Shown in pieces: positions 8,587-19,161 of a DNA stretch of 64,000 nt. The position numbers were made by a program, and so were the translations under genes. Below the pieces are notes generated by a model. The model ran no database searches and was not told the origin of the DNA. It saw only the letters and a program-made list of their open reading frames with translations. This DNA comes from a bacterium (GTDB lineage: Bacteria; RBG-13-61-14; DATKZS01), in the NCBI GenBank assembly GCA_046484135.1, contig JAWOBU010000269.1:401-64400 (forward strand), written 5' to 3'. Numbering within the stretch: position 1 is the first letter of the stretch; each line of letters begins with the position of its first letter.

Positions 8587-9199
8587 AGACCTTGTCCTTG
8601 ACCGGGCGGGGCGCCCGTTCGTACTTCGTGTTCAATAAGATAAGAGAAAGAAGCAGCTCATCCGGGTCGCCGCCGTTTTTTCTTAACTCCTTGAGCTTCT
8701 TCTTGATGTGTTTTTTGGCGGAATAAGGATGGACGCACAGCGCGTCAGTGGCATACCAGTCCTCGCCCAGCGGGAAGATGCGCAGGTCAGCCATGTCACC
8801 TTTACCAAGGGTAACCGGCGCCCGCTTTACTTCTTTATAAACTTTGTTCGAAAGCATGTCCTTGAGGTTGACCTTGCCGGGCGCGCGCTTTTTTACCAGG
8901 AAGATGCTGTGGACCGCCTGCTGGAGGCCCTGCAGGGCTTCCTTGACCGGCGCGTCAAGCTCGGGGTGGCGCTGAAGGCACTCGGCAGCGGGTGTACGGC
9001 CGGAGGACAGCAAAGGCCGGTCGAACGCGAACCACTCGACGAAGCTGCCCAGCCTGATCTCCTCCAGCGGCTCGCCCGGCAAAGGAGCGCCTACTTTACG
9101 GAAGTAATCCTCCTTGGCTTTCTGCAGCTCCTCCCGGAACTCTTCATTGCCGATCATTTCGTGGACCAGCCGCAGAGCTTCATAAACCGCTTCCGCCAT
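8576..9199 (-). CDS. Hypothetical protein (207 aa), no motif recognised
   Basis: ORF overlaps the carA stop (ATGA at 9199) and overlaps the next gene by 11 nt; coding-like composition. Confidence 0.5.
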   Translation of the reverse strand: MAEAVYEALRLVHEMIGNEEFREELQKAKEDYFRKVGAPLPGEPLEEIRLGSFVEWFAFDRPLLSSGRTPAAECLQRHPELDAPVKEALQGLQQAVHSIFLVKKRAPGKVNLKDMLSNKVYKEVKRAPVTLGKGDMADLRIFPLGEDWYATDALCVHPYSAKKHIKKKLKELRKNGGDPDELLLSLILLNTKYERAPRPVKDKVYAG

Positions 9200-10344
9200 C
9201 AGCGTTCCTCCAAAAGCTCGATGAACTCGTCGAACAAACCAGCCGCGTCGTGCGGTCCCGGCGAAGCCTCGGGGTGGTACTGCACGCTCATGACGGGCCT
9301 CTCAAGATGCTGCATCCCTTCGCACGTCTTGTCGTTCAAGTTAAGGTGGGTCATTACCAGGTCAGTGCCTTCTCGCTCGACCCAGTCGGTGGGCACGGCA
9401 AAGTTATGGTTCTGGCTGGTGATGGCGACCTCCCTGGTGCGCAGGTCCATGACCGGATGGTTGGCCCCGTGATGACCGAACTTGAGCTTCAAAGTCTTGC
9501 AGCCCATGGCCAGGCCCAGAAGCTGGTGCCCGAGACAGATGCCGAAGAGGGGAAGCTCGGGTTTCCGGTTCATGATCTCCCGCACCGCCTGGAAAGCGTA
9601 CGGCACGCCTTCCGGGTCGCCCGGGCCGTTGGACAGGAATAGCCCGTCCGGCTGGTGCGAAAGGATGGTTTCCGCGTCAGTGGACGCTGGCACAACAACC
9701 ACCCGGCAGCCCCGGTCGGAGAGCATGCGCAGGATGTTGGTCTTGATGCCGAAGTCCATGGCCACTACCGTAAAGCGCGGTTCTTGCTCCGGCCTGCAAT
9801 GCCCGGTCTCGAGCTTCCAGGTGCCTTCGTAAAACTCGTAGGGTTCGGCGCAGGTGACCTCTTGGACCAGGTCGCGGCCCACGATCTCGGGCGCTTCCCT
9901 CACCGTCGTCAGAAGCTCGTCCGGGTCGCGCTCGCCGGTGGCGATGATACCCGGCATGCTGCCTTTGTCGCGAATAAGCCGGGTGAGGTACCGGGTGTCA
10001 ACTCCCTCGATGCCGATAATACTGTTTTCGACCAGGTAGTCTCTCAATGTCATGGCAGAACGGAAGTTGCTCGGATAGTCAATGCACTCCTTTACAATGA
10101 AGCCGTTTAAGTTCACCGCGGATGACTCCGTATCTTCCGGGTTGACACCGGTGTTTCCGATCTCGGTGTAGGTCATGGTGACGATCTGGCCGTAATAGGA
10201 AGGATCGGTCAGAATCTCCTGGTAGCCGGTCATGCCCGTGTGGAAGACGACCTCTCCGATGGTCTCGCCATCCGCGCCAATGGACCGGCCCGACAACACG
10301 GTACCGTCCGCCAAAACCAGCGTGGCCTTTTGTCTACTCTTCAA
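9199..10344 (-). CDS. carA: Carbamoyl-phosphate synthase small (glutaminase) subunit
   Basis: LVLADGT...[27 protein letters not shown] (Cys nucleophile), QYHPEA. TTG start preceded by GAGAGGTGA. Confidence 0.85.
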   Translation of the reverse strand: MKSRQKATLVLADGTVLSGRSIGADGETIGEVVFHTGMTGYQEILTDPSYYGQIVTMTYTEIGNTGVNPEDTESSAVNLNGFIVKECIDYPSNFRSAMTLRDYLVENSIIGIEGVDTRYLTRLIRDKGSMPGIIATGERDPDELLTTVREAPEIVGRDLVQEVTCAEPYEFYEGTWKLETGHCRPEQEPRFTVVAMDFGIKTNILRMLSDRGCRVVVVPASTDAETILSHQPDGLFLSNGPGDPEGVPYAFQAVREIMNRKPELPLFGICLGHQLLGLAMGCKTLKLKFGHHGANHPVMDLRTREVAITSQNHNFAVPTDWVEREGTDLVMTHLNLNDKTCEGMQHLERPVMSVQYHPEASPGPHDAAGLFDEFIELLEER

Positions 10345-10558
10345 GCTTCACCTCTCTCCCCTGAGCTCACAGATTCAGTTTAATAGAGATTATCCGCAAA
10401 GTAAGGTGCGAAGTAAAAAATTTTTTCGTGCACGAAGTCGGCAAGTCAAAGGCCGGTCTCTGGGGGACAGGAGTGTTCACTCGGCAGGGTCCGCGCATTG
10501 AGGAGTACTCGAAACGAGGTGCCTCAATTTCGGTTACGCGAGACGTGTCTGTTGGTCA

Positions 10559-12205
10559 TTAGTCGCTTTGTAATTTGCCGGCACGCGAGTCGCCGCCTTC
10601 TTCCGGCGGCAGAATCTTGTATGCGTTGATCCCCAAAGAGTGCAGAAACACCGGCCGCGGGTAGAACGGGTAATGAAACCTATCCATGAGACCCAGCCGG
10701 TAGAGGCGGCCATAGTCCTTCTTTACGCCGGTGATCCTTTCGGAGTCGTGTCTTACCATGGCGAAGTAATGGGTGGCATTCTTTTCCATCAGATATGGGC
10801 CGGTGCGGTCCTTCTCCAGCCAGGGGATTACCGCCGGGTCTATAAGCCCGCCCAGGTCTATAACGTATCTTTCCGAGTAAAAGCCCAGTATGCCCACGTC
10901 CAGGCAGGCGATGCGGGCGTCCTTCTCCAGGAACACATTAGCCCATTCTGCCGCGGCTTTATGCTCCTTCTGGAGCTGGTCCGTGTTCCTCGCATAGTAG
11001 GTTCTCCACCTTTGGATTCCCATACCTTCGATTATTACAGGCGCGAGAAGAAATAAAATCGCTAGAACGAAAACCGCGCGGCTTCGGCCGGCGCGAGCAA
11101 AAGCGGCTGCACAGTAGAAGAGCGAAATCGCGGAAAGACTGAAGACGGCGGGGAACAGCATGGGATGATACCTGAGGTTGTGATAGGGGGTGATGATCTC
11201 CGCGGAACGGAATAACAGCATGTGGGCGCCAAAATGAAGGACAAACCACAGGCCGAGCACGGACGCGGGTGAGAGGGAGGCTATGCGTTCTGCAAGGCGT
11301 TTTCCGTCTCGGGTTTGGGTATCCTTGTTTTTCTTTTTTGTAGCAAGGTAAAGAACGAGCGACAGGATTGCCGCGGCCAGGCAGATAAGGGCCATGATCA
11401 CGATGCCGCGCTCGTAGAGCCACAGGTGGGCCAGGTGCCGCCAGGCATAGAGTGCCGCGCCTTTGGCTGAAGGTCCGGCGTTGAAGAGGTTGGAGGCCAG
11501 CTTTCCCGCCCGGGTGGGCGGGATCAGGTGGCCGGTGGCAATAAAGGAGTAGAGGTGCCATGCCGCCGGCAAAAGAACTGCCACGGCAAGTCCCGCCCAC
11601 GCCCGCAGGCTGCGCTTTCGGCTGAAGACGGTTATAAGGGCGATTATTATGATAAGCGCGAGCGCGCTGGTGCGGGCCAGCCCTGCCAGACCGAGCAGTG
11701 CTCCCGCGCAAAGCGGTTTCGGCTTTTCGGTTTGTACAAGAAGTATGGCGCCGAGTCCGAGCGCCAGGAACAAGAACGGCTCCATACCCGCTCCTGCGAG
11801 CCAGAGCATGTTTCCGGAGAGAAACACGCCGGCGCTCGCGAGCATGGCCATGGCCAGATGCCGCCACTGGTCAGCCTGATCTTTTGGCAGGGACCTCCTG
11901 GTTATCTCGAAGACGAGTGCGCAGGATATTGCGAAGGCGATCTGGGAGAAGACTTTTGCGGCCTGGACCAGTGCCGCGCCTGCGAGCTTCGCTCCGGCGA
12001 GGAGAGCTATCCAGAGGGGGCTGGAGAACCCGAGGCTGAACTCTCCGGGATTGAAGCACAGGCCTTTGCCCTGGGCCAGGTTGCGGGCGAAGGTGAGATG
12101 GATATAAGCATCGTCCAGGGGCAGGCCGGTCAAACCTCGGCTAAAGGCCGCGGCTGCCGCCAAAGAGGCCGCTCCTACGGCGGCCATGATGATCTTGTAA
12201 CGCAT
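10559..12205 (-). CDS. Polytopic membrane protein, probable GT-C type glycosyltransferase (family unassigned)
   Basis: 548 aa with at least 10 hydrophobic segments; N-terminal LDDAYIHLTFARNLAQGKG motif followed by a soluble C-terminal domain. Confidence 0.45.
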   Translation of the reverse strand: MRYKIIMAAVGAASLAAAAAFSRGLTGLPLDDAYIHLTFARNLAQGKGLCFNPGEFSLGFSSPLWIALLAGAKLAGAALVQAAKVFSQIAFAISCALVFEITRRSLPKDQADQWRHLAMAMLASAGVFLSGNMLWLAGAGMEPFLFLALGLGAILLVQTEKPKPLCAGALLGLAGLARTSALALIIIIALITVFSRKRSLRAWAGLAVAVLLPAAWHLYSFIATGHLIPPTRAGKLASNLFNAGPSAKGAALYAWRHLAHLWLYERGIVIMALICLAAAILSLVLYLATKKKNKDTQTRDGKRLAERIASLSPASVLGLWFVLHFGAHMLLFRSAEIITPYHNLRYHPMLFPAVFSLSAISLFYCAAAFARAGRSRAVFVLAILFLLAPVIIEGMGIQRWRTYYARNTDQLQKEHKAAAEWANVFLEKDARIACLDVGILGFYSERYVIDLGGLIDPAVIPWLEKDRTGPYLMEKNATHYFAMVRHDSERITGVKKDYGRLYRLGLMDRFHYPFYPRPVFLHSLGINAYKILPPEEGGDSRAGKLQSD

Positions 12206-12255
12206 GGGAGTCCATTATTAAGGGAAGTGCGGGGGGATGCAACCGCGGAGGAGTT

Positions 12256-15200
12256 TCAGAGTCGTGCGACTGCCCTTGCTATCACGCGCAGCCAGTTGGA
12301 GACGTCGTCGAAGATGGAGTAGATCATGGGAATGATAAAGGGCGTCAGGAAGGTTGACACGAGCAGTCCTCCCAGGACGGCGATGGCTAGGGGGGAGTAC
12401 ATCATTCTTCCGGTGTCGTTCAGGCCCAGCGCCATGGGCAAGAGCCCGACAATGGTGGTGAGGGCTGTCATCATGATGGGCCGGAGCCGGTCGCGGGATG
12501 CGTTTATGAGGCTGTCGTGATGGGAGTAGCCGCGCTTTCTCAGGTTATGAATGTGGTCCACCAGCACGATGGCGTTGTTGACCACGATGCCCACCAGCAA
12601 GAGGCATCCGGCTCCGGAGAGGATATTGAAGGTTGCGCGCGATATGAGTAGTGCCAGGACGACCCCTATCATGGCGAAGGGGAGGGTGAACATGATGACA
12701 AAGGGCAGGAAGAAGGACTCGAACTGTGCGGTCATGACCAGGAACACCAGTACCATGGCGAGAAGGATGGCGACGCCCAGAACCATGAGGTCCCGCTTTA
12801 CTTCCTGGAACTCCTCTCCCAGTACCCAGGAGTATCCGCTGGGAAGCCGGTAGTTGGCGAGCCGTTCATGGATACGTTTCGAAACGGTGCCCAGGTCTTT
12901 GCCCTTGGGAATGACGGGTATGCGTACCGTAATCAAGCGGTTGTCCCTGCGCACCATGTCGGGTATGGGGACCTGTCGGAAGGAGGCGATGTTTTTCAAG
13001 GGGATGTACTCTCCCCTCATATTTTGGACCATCATGGACTGGAGCTCCGGCAGGCTCTTTTCGTCCGCCCCCTTGATCTGGATGTAGATGTCCAGGGGGG
13101 TCTCGGCTGACAAAAGCTGGCCTACCGGGACGCCCCGGATGGAGTAGGATATGGCCATGGCCACTTGAGAGGGATCAAAGCCGAACTGCTTGGCTTGCAG
13201 CCTGTCCACTATTACGTGGACCTCTTCCTCTCCGGAGCGCTCCAGCGGTTTTATCTCTTTGAGGCCGTCAATGGTCAAGAGCTTTTTGCGGATGTCCTCG
13301 GCAAACTTGTAGACCTGGTGCGGGTCCGGACCCCGGACCTTGATGGAAGTGCTCATTCCGCCCATGCCGGGCGGACCGCCTCCCATGCCCTCGCCTCCCA
13401 CGTCCAGCTTGATGCCGGGCCAGTTAACGTTTTTCTTGACATACTCGCGGGCTTTGTCCTGGACCTCTGCCGCGGTGTACTTGGGGGTCTCGTCGAAAGG
13501 GAGCACGAGAAGGATGCGGTTTACCCGCTGGCTCACTATGGCGGCCACGGTGTCAATCCCCCAGTCTTCTCTTTTGTCCATGAACATTCTTTCCAAGAGG
13601 GCCATCTTCCGGTCCACTTCTTTCAGGGTCGGTTTTTTCTCGAAGTCGACTTTGATGCGGACGATGCGCAAAAGCGCCTTGGGGATGGCTTCCTTTTCTA
13701 TGAGCGGATAAAACTTGTAGTCCTTGAACTTTTCGTTCTTGTCCCAGGGACTGGGCCAGATGAAGATGAGTACGGATACGATAAAGATGGCCCCGACCGT
13801 GCTCATGGCCAGGAGGCGGTGTCGTAATGCCTTTTCCAGCAGACGGATGAACCGGTCGGAGAGGGCGGCGTACCAGCGTGGTATTCCTCCGGCGGTGGGC
13901 TTCATGATGCGTGAAGCCAGAAGAGGTATGAGGGTCAGGCTTACCACCAGGCTGGACCCGATGGACAGCACCAGCACTATCCCCATCTGGCGCATCAGCA
14001 CCGTCTCCATGCTCTTCTCCACGAAGATGAGCGGCAAAAACACGATCAGGGTGGTAGTGGTGGCCACGCTGATGGCCAGTCCCACTTCCCTGGCGCCGAA
14101 TATGGCCGCCCGGATGGGAGACATTCCCTGCCGGTGCCGGAGGTCTATGGCCTCCAGGATGACCACGGAGTTGTCCACCAGCATGCCCACGGCAACGATG
14201 AGACCGGAGAGGGTGATCATGTTGAAGGTAAGGCCCATAAAGTACATGCAGGCTATGGTGGCGAGGATGGACATGGGAACCGCGGCGGACACGATCAGGG
14301 TGGACCGGAAGTCCCTGAGAAAAAGCCACAGCACGAAGAAGGCGAGCAAAGCTCCCGCCACTCCGCTTTTGACCAGGATGTCCAGCGAGGTCGTGATCTC
14401 CTGGGACTGGTCGAACCATATCTTCAGCCTGGCCCCCTCGAGCCGTTCACTGGCAAGAAGCTCGTCCAGCCTTTCCCTGACGTTCCGGCAGACCTCGACC
14501 GTGTTGGCTCCGGACTCCTTGAGCACCGTGAGGAAGTAAGCACGGCGGCGGTTGAACCTGCCCACGAAATAAGGCTCCACGTAATCCACGTGCACGTTGG
14601 CCACGTCCCTTATGTCCACCTTCGAGTTCAGCGGCAGGTCGCGGATGTCCTCCAGGTCCTGGAACTCGCCCACGATCCGGACGTTGTGGGTCTTGTCCGC
14701 ATAGTCCACCGACCCCGCGGACATGGTCATGTTGCCCGAGGTCAGGCTTTCGAAGACCTGGATCACGGAAACGCCGTAGTTGGTGAGCCGGTCCTCGTTC
14801 ATCTCCACCAGGACGCGCCTCTCCTCCAGCCCCTCGATCCGGATGTCGGCCACACCGTCCAGGGTCTTCAGCGGCCTTACAATGTAGCGTTCTATGAGAC
14901 GGTTGTTCTCCGCCCGGTCCTCGGTAAAGGTAAGGGCGCCCATGATTACGGGGAACTGCTCGGTGTCGAACTTCATGATCATGATGTTGCGCACGTCGTC
15001 GGGTAGCTCGTTCCGGACTGCGTCTATCCTTTCCTGCACGTCCATGACCATGTAGTCCATGTTGGCGGAGGAGGCGAGCTCGAGGCCTATGTAGCCATAG
15101 CCGGGGGAGCAGCGGGAGCGTATCTTGTCTATTCCGGGAAGGGTGGCCACCGACTCCTCGATGGGCTCGGCGATCTTGTCGCAGATTTCGACCGGGCTCG

Positions 15201-15360
15201 CTCCTTCATAGGGCACGTGGATTTCCACGAAAGGCACGTCCAGCTTGGGCATGAACTCGAGCGGTATCTTGGGAATGGCCACCGACCCCAACAGCACCAG
15301 CAGCACGTAGCACATGGCAGTGGTGATTCCCCGCCGGATGGCCTTTTCCGATATCTTCAA
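12256..15360 (-). CDS. RND efflux permease (second of two tandem permeases)
   Basis: 1034 aa with AcrB-like organisation (12 TM, two large periplasmic loops). TTG start preceded by AAGGGAGGG. Confidence 0.85.
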   Translation of the reverse strand: MKISEKAIRRGITTAMCYVLLVLLGSVAIPKIPLEFMPKLDVPFVEIHVPYEGASPVEICDKIAEPIEESVATLPGIDKIRSRCSPGYGYIGLELASSANMDYMVMDVQERIDAVRNELPDDVRNIMIMKFDTEQFPVIMGALTFTEDRAENNRLIERYIVRPLKTLDGVADIRIEGLEERRVLVEMNEDRLTNYGVSVIQVFESLTSGNMTMSAGSVDYADKTHNVRIVGEFQDLEDIRDLPLNSKVDIRDVANVHVDYVEPYFVGRFNRRRAYFLTVLKESGANTVEVCRNVRERLDELLASERLEGARLKIWFDQSQEITTSLDILVKSGVAGALLAFFVLWLFLRDFRSTLIVSAAVPMSILATIACMYFMGLTFNMITLSGLIVAVGMLVDNSVVILEAIDLRHRQGMSPIRAAIFGAREVGLAISVATTTTLIVFLPLIFVEKSMETVLMRQMGIVLVLSIGSSLVVSLTLIPLLASRIMKPTAGGIPRWYAALSDRFIRLLEKALRHRLLAMSTVGAIFIVSVLIFIWPSPWDKNEKFKDYKFYPLIEKEAIPKALLRIVRIKVDFEKKPTLKEVDRKMALLERMFMDKREDWGIDTVAAIVSQRVNRILLVLPFDETPKYTAAEVQDKAREYVKKNVNWPGIKLDVGGEGMGGGPPGMGGMSTSIKVRGPDPHQVYKFAEDIRKKLLTIDGLKEIKPLERSGEEEVHVIVDRLQAKQFGFDPSQVAMAISYSIRGVPVGQLLSAETPLDIYIQIKGADEKSLPELQSMMVQNMRGEYIPLKNIASFRQVPIPDMVRRDNRLITVRIPVIPKGKDLGTVSKRIHERLANYRLPSGYSWVLGEEFQEVKRDLMVLGVAILLAMVLVFLVMTAQFESFFLPFVIMFTLPFAMIGVVLALLISRATFNILSGAGCLLLVGIVVNNAIVLVDHIHNLRKRGYSHHDSLINASRDRLRPIMMTALTTIVGLLPMALGLNDTGRMMYSPLAIAVLGGLLVSTFLTPFIIPMIYSIFDDVSNWLRVIARAVARL

Positions 15361-15387
15361 GCGCGGCCCTCCCTTATCAGCATGAGC

Positions 15388-18300
15388 TCAAGAAGAGGAG
15401 TCGCCGGAGGAACCGGGAGTGAGGTGCTCCTCCCTGCTCTCTTCCTCCGCGGTTTCATACTCTTTCACCATCTTCCGCCGGTGCTGGTAGGACCGGGGAA
15501 TTATTTTGTCCAGGACCAGGTAGAGGCAGGGGATGGCGAAGATGGTAAAGATGGTGGACGAGGTCAGCCCGCCTATAACGCTGAGGGCCATGGGCGTCCG
15601 GAGCTCCGCGCCCGGTCCCAAAGCCAGCGCCAGCGGCACCATGCCGAGCGCGGTGGTGAGAGTGGTGATGGCGATGGGCCGCAACCGCGATTTGCCCGCT
15701 TCCACGATGGCGTCGGAGCGCTCCATGCCCTCGTCCCGCCGGTTGTTGATGGTGGTGACTAACACGATGGCGTCGTTCACCGCGATCCCTATCATCATCA
15801 GCATCCCGATCAGGGAGAAGATGTTGATGGTCTGGCCCGTCAAAAAGAGGATCACGGCGAGCCCCACCAGCGAGAAGGGCACGCAGAACATGATGACGAA
15901 AGGATGGAGAAGGCTCTCGAACTGGGCGGCCAGCACGATGTAAACCAGGGCGATGGCCAGGGTGAGGGCCAGGTAAAGGCTGGACTTGGACCTTTCCATC
16001 TCCTCGTTCTGGCCGGTGATGTCCCACCGGATGTCCGGCGGGAGCGAGCGGACCGTCTCCTCTTCGGAAAGCGCTCTCTTGATGTCCGCCACCACGTCTC
16101 CCAGAGGACGGCCGTGGATATTGGCCCGGATCAATGCCACCCGGCTGTTCTCAGAGCGGGTGATATTGGCCGGTCCCTGCGCGCGCCGGATGGACGCCAC
16201 CTGGCCGAGACGGATGTTCCCGGAAGCCGAAGGAATAGTGATACGCCGCAGCCGCTCCGGGGAGTTCCGGTCCCTCTCCTGCAGGGCCACCACGATATCA
16301 ATCTGTTCTTCCGGAAGCTCGAAAGTGGTGGAAGCTTCTCCCTTGACCTTGCGGCGGACCACCTCGGTGATCTCGGAAACCGACAGGCCCAGCGCCGCCG
16401 CCCTGTCCCGGTCAATGGTAATGTTGACCTCCGGGTTCTTCTCCGCCATGCTCGACTCGATCTCCAAAAGACCCGGGATGCGCCGGATGCGGCCCATGAC
16501 CGTTTCCGCGGCGCTGGAGAGACCCGCCAGGTCGTTGCCTTCCAGCTCGATCTCCACCGGCGTCTTGTAGCTCAGAATCCGGGGCTTGCTCGAACGGGCG
16601 TCCACCTCCACCGACCTCTCCACCCCGTGCATGGCCTGGGTGATAATGACCTCGTCCACCACGTCCCGCATGTCCCGGTCCACCAGGTTCACGTGTATCT
16701 CGCCGATGTTCTCCGCCTTCTCCTCCGCGCCTTCTCCTTCGGCCGAGCCCGTGCCCACGGTGGCGAAAAGCGAAGTGATCTTGTCCGCGTGGGAGATGGT
16801 TTTGATCTTGTCCTCCAGGTCGGCGATCCGCCGGTTGGTCTCCTGGATGGGGGTCCCGGTGGGAAGCTCGACCCGGATGCGGAACTCTCCCTGGTCCACC
16901 GAAGGCAGAAGCTCCCATCCCAGCCGATAGAGCCCGTAGGCCGCGGAACCTGCCAGGGACACGGCCACCAGGATGACAATAAAAGGATGGGCCAGGAGCT
17001 TGCGCAGGGCGCCCGGGTACCACGCCTTCAAGCGGTTGAAACCGGCGTCGAACAGAGCGAGCGGGTACCTGGCTATGGCACCCGCGCCGGTTGAGGCGCC
17101 CCGGCCGAGCTTTTTTGCCACAAAGGCCACGGGCACGATCATGATGATAAAGAACAGGTAAGATACGATAGTCATTACGAGATGAAGACAGCCGGGCTTT
17201 TCTCCTTTTTTCCGCAGGGCGTTTTCCCGGAGCTCCCTGAAGTTCCTGAACCTGACGGAGGAGCCGGCAGTGGTTTTTTTGTCTTCCGGTGCCGGTCCTG
17301 TTTGCCCGGCATTATTCTCCTCCCCGCGGGTGGGGGAGCCTCCGGTGGCCCCGCTTTCCCGGAGCATCTCGGGGGGCAGTCGGACCCGGTTTCCCATGAC
17401 CACCGAGAGCATGGGCACCACGGACAGGGCCACGGCCTCGGAGCACACCAGGCTGAAGGCCACGGTATAAGCCAGGTCCCCGAAAATCTGTCGGAACATT
17501 CCTTCCAGATAAAGGATGGGGAAGAAGACCATGATGTTGGTCAGGGTGGAAGCGGTAATGGCGGATGCGACCTCGGAGGTCCCGCTATGGGCGCTTTGAC
17601 CGAGGTCGGGCTCGAAGGTTCTTCGTCGCAGGATGTTCTCGAGGACCACGATGGAGTTGTCCACCATCAGGCCCACTCCCAGGGCCAGTCCTCCCAGGCT
17701 CATGACGTTAAAGGAGATGTCGCCGAAGTACATGAGGTTGAAGGTCGCGATAATGGAGACCGGAATGGCTATGCCCACGATAAAGGTCGAGCTTATGTTG
17801 CGGAGGAACACGTAAATGATAAAAACGGCCAGGAGCGCTCCCCAGATCGCGGTCTGGGCCACCGAGAAGACGGACTGGACAATGAACACCGACTGGTCGG
17901 AGATGACTTCCAGGTTAATGCCGTGTTTGAGCTGGACCGGTTCTTTCTCGATCTTGAAAGGACGGTAGTTTAAAAGAACGTGGGAGACGCCGTTTGCGAA
18001 CTTCTTCAGATGGCGCCGCGGGTCTTTCAGTTTTTTCTGCCACTCGATGGAGCGCGGCTCCGCCCGGTGCCCCAGCCGTATGCCTTGCAGGGCTTTCTCC
18101 ACCTCGTCGGCCACGGTGACAATGTTGGCGTCGCCTTCTTTGTATACCGAGACCTTGATGCACTCGTTGCCGTTGAGCCTGGCTATCTCGGTCCTTTCTT
18201 TATGTCGCTTGCGTACGCGGGCCACGTCCTTGACCCGGATCAAGGACTTATAGTCCTCCTCTGCGGCGGGAGCGGCGGCAGCCGGTGTTTCCATGTCTCC

Positions 18301-19161
18301 CAGCAGGCCGGACAGGCCGGCGGGAAAGCCGCCGCCCATTCCCATGCCGCTCATTCCCATGCCTCCCATGGAGATGGAAGGAAGGGAAGGACCGCCGCTT
18401 ACAGCCTCCTTTTCGCCCTTCTCCGCCACCACCACGTTCCTTATGTCCTCGAGGCTTTGAAAGCGGTTGATGGTCCGGACCGCCAGCTTGGCCCCCCCGT
18501 GCTCCAGGGACCCGCTCGCCACGTTAAGGTTGGCCCGGGAGAGACGATCGGAGACGGTGGAGATGCTCAAACCGTAGCGGCTCAGCTTCTCTTCGTCTAT
18601 TTCCACTCTGACTTCGTCCTGGTAGCCGCCTTCGATCTTGACCGCGGCGATCCCGTCCAGGCGCTCGAGCTCGAGCTCCACGTTCATCTCCACCCACCGG
18701 CGAAGCTCGGAGAGGTCCTCCATCTCCCCGCTTACCGCCAGCGTCATGATCGGGTCCTGGTTCGGGTCGTAACGGAGCAGGATGGGCTTTTCCACCTCCT
18801 CCGGAAGAAGGTTGTTCAAAAGCTGGAGCTTCTCCCGGATGTCCATGGCGATCACGTCCACGTCCGAGCCCCAGATGAACTCGACGTAAACGTCGGACCA
18901 GCCGGGCCGGGAGACCGAGCTCACCTTGACCACGTTGTTGATGATGCCCACGTAGCTCTCGATGGGCTTGGTTACCCTCTCCTCGATCTCGCGGGGTGCC
19001 GCGTGAGGGTACTCGGTCCGGATGGTTATCTTGGGGTAGGTGATGTCAGGCAGAAGGTTTAAGGGTATCTTTTGCAGGCTCACGAACCCGAGAAGCAGTA
19101 TCCCCATTACCACCATGGAGACCGCCACCGGGCGGCGTATGGAAATACCGGACAGGTTCAA
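15388..19161 (-). CDS. RND efflux permease, enlarged (1257 aa) with Gly/Met-rich and inter-half insertions
   Basis: AcrB-like N-terminus (ISIRRPVAVSMVVMGILLLG). TTG start overlaps the MFP stop (TTGA). Confidence 0.8.
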   Translation of the reverse strand: MNLSGISIRRPVAVSMVVMGILLLGFVSLQKIPLNLLPDITYPKITIRTEYPHAAPREIEERVTKPIESYVGIINNVVKVSSVSRPGWSDVYVEFIWGSDVDVIAMDIREKLQLLNNLLPEEVEKPILLRYDPNQDPIMTLAVSGEMEDLSELRRWVEMNVELELERLDGIAAVKIEGGYQDEVRVEIDEEKLSRYGLSISTVSDRLSRANLNVASGSLEHGGAKLAVRTINRFQSLEDIRNVVVAEKGEKEAVSGGPSLPSISMGGMGMSGMGMGGGFPAGLSGLLGDMETPAAAAPAAEEDYKSLIRVKDVARVRKRHKERTEIARLNGNECIKVSVYKEGDANIVTVADEVEKALQGIRLGHRAEPRSIEWQKKLKDPRRHLKKFANGVSHVLLNYRPFKIEKEPVQLKHGINLEVISDQSVFIVQSVFSVAQTAIWGALLAVFIIYVFLRNISSTFIVGIAIPVSIIATFNLMYFGDISFNVMSLGGLALGVGLMVDNSIVVLENILRRRTFEPDLGQSAHSGTSEVASAITASTLTNIMVFFPILYLEGMFRQIFGDLAYTVAFSLVCSEAVALSVVPMLSVVMGNRVRLPPEMLRESGATGGSPTRGEENNAGQTGPAPEDKKTTAGSSVRFRNFRELRENALRKKGEKPGCLHLVMTIVSYLFFIIMIVPVAFVAKKLGRGASTGAGAIARYPLALFDAGFNRLKAWYPGALRKLLAHPFIVILVAVSLAGSAAYGLYRLGWELLPSVDQGEFRIRVELPTGTPIQETNRRIADLEDKIKTISHADKITSLFATVGTGSAEGEGAEEKAENIGEIHVNLVDRDMRDVVDEVIITQAMHGVERSVEVDARSSKPRILSYKTPVEIELEGNDLAGLSSAAETVMGRIRRIPGLLEIESSMAEKNPEVNITIDRDRAAALGLSVSEITEVVRRKVKGEASTTFELPEEQIDIVVALQERDRNSPERLRRITIPSASGNIRLGQVASIRRAQGPANITRSENSRVALIRANIHGRPLGDVVADIKRALSEEETVRSLPPDIRWDITGQNEEMERSKSSLYLALTLAIALVYIVLAAQFESLLHPFVIMFCVPFSLVGLAVILFLTGQTINIFSLIGMLMMIGIAVNDAIVLVTTINNRRDEGMERSDAIVEAGKSRLRPIAITTLTTALGMVPLALALGPGAELRTPMALSVIGGLTSSTIFTIFAIPCLYLVLDKIIPRSYQHRRKMVKEYETAEEESREEHLTPGSSGDSSS

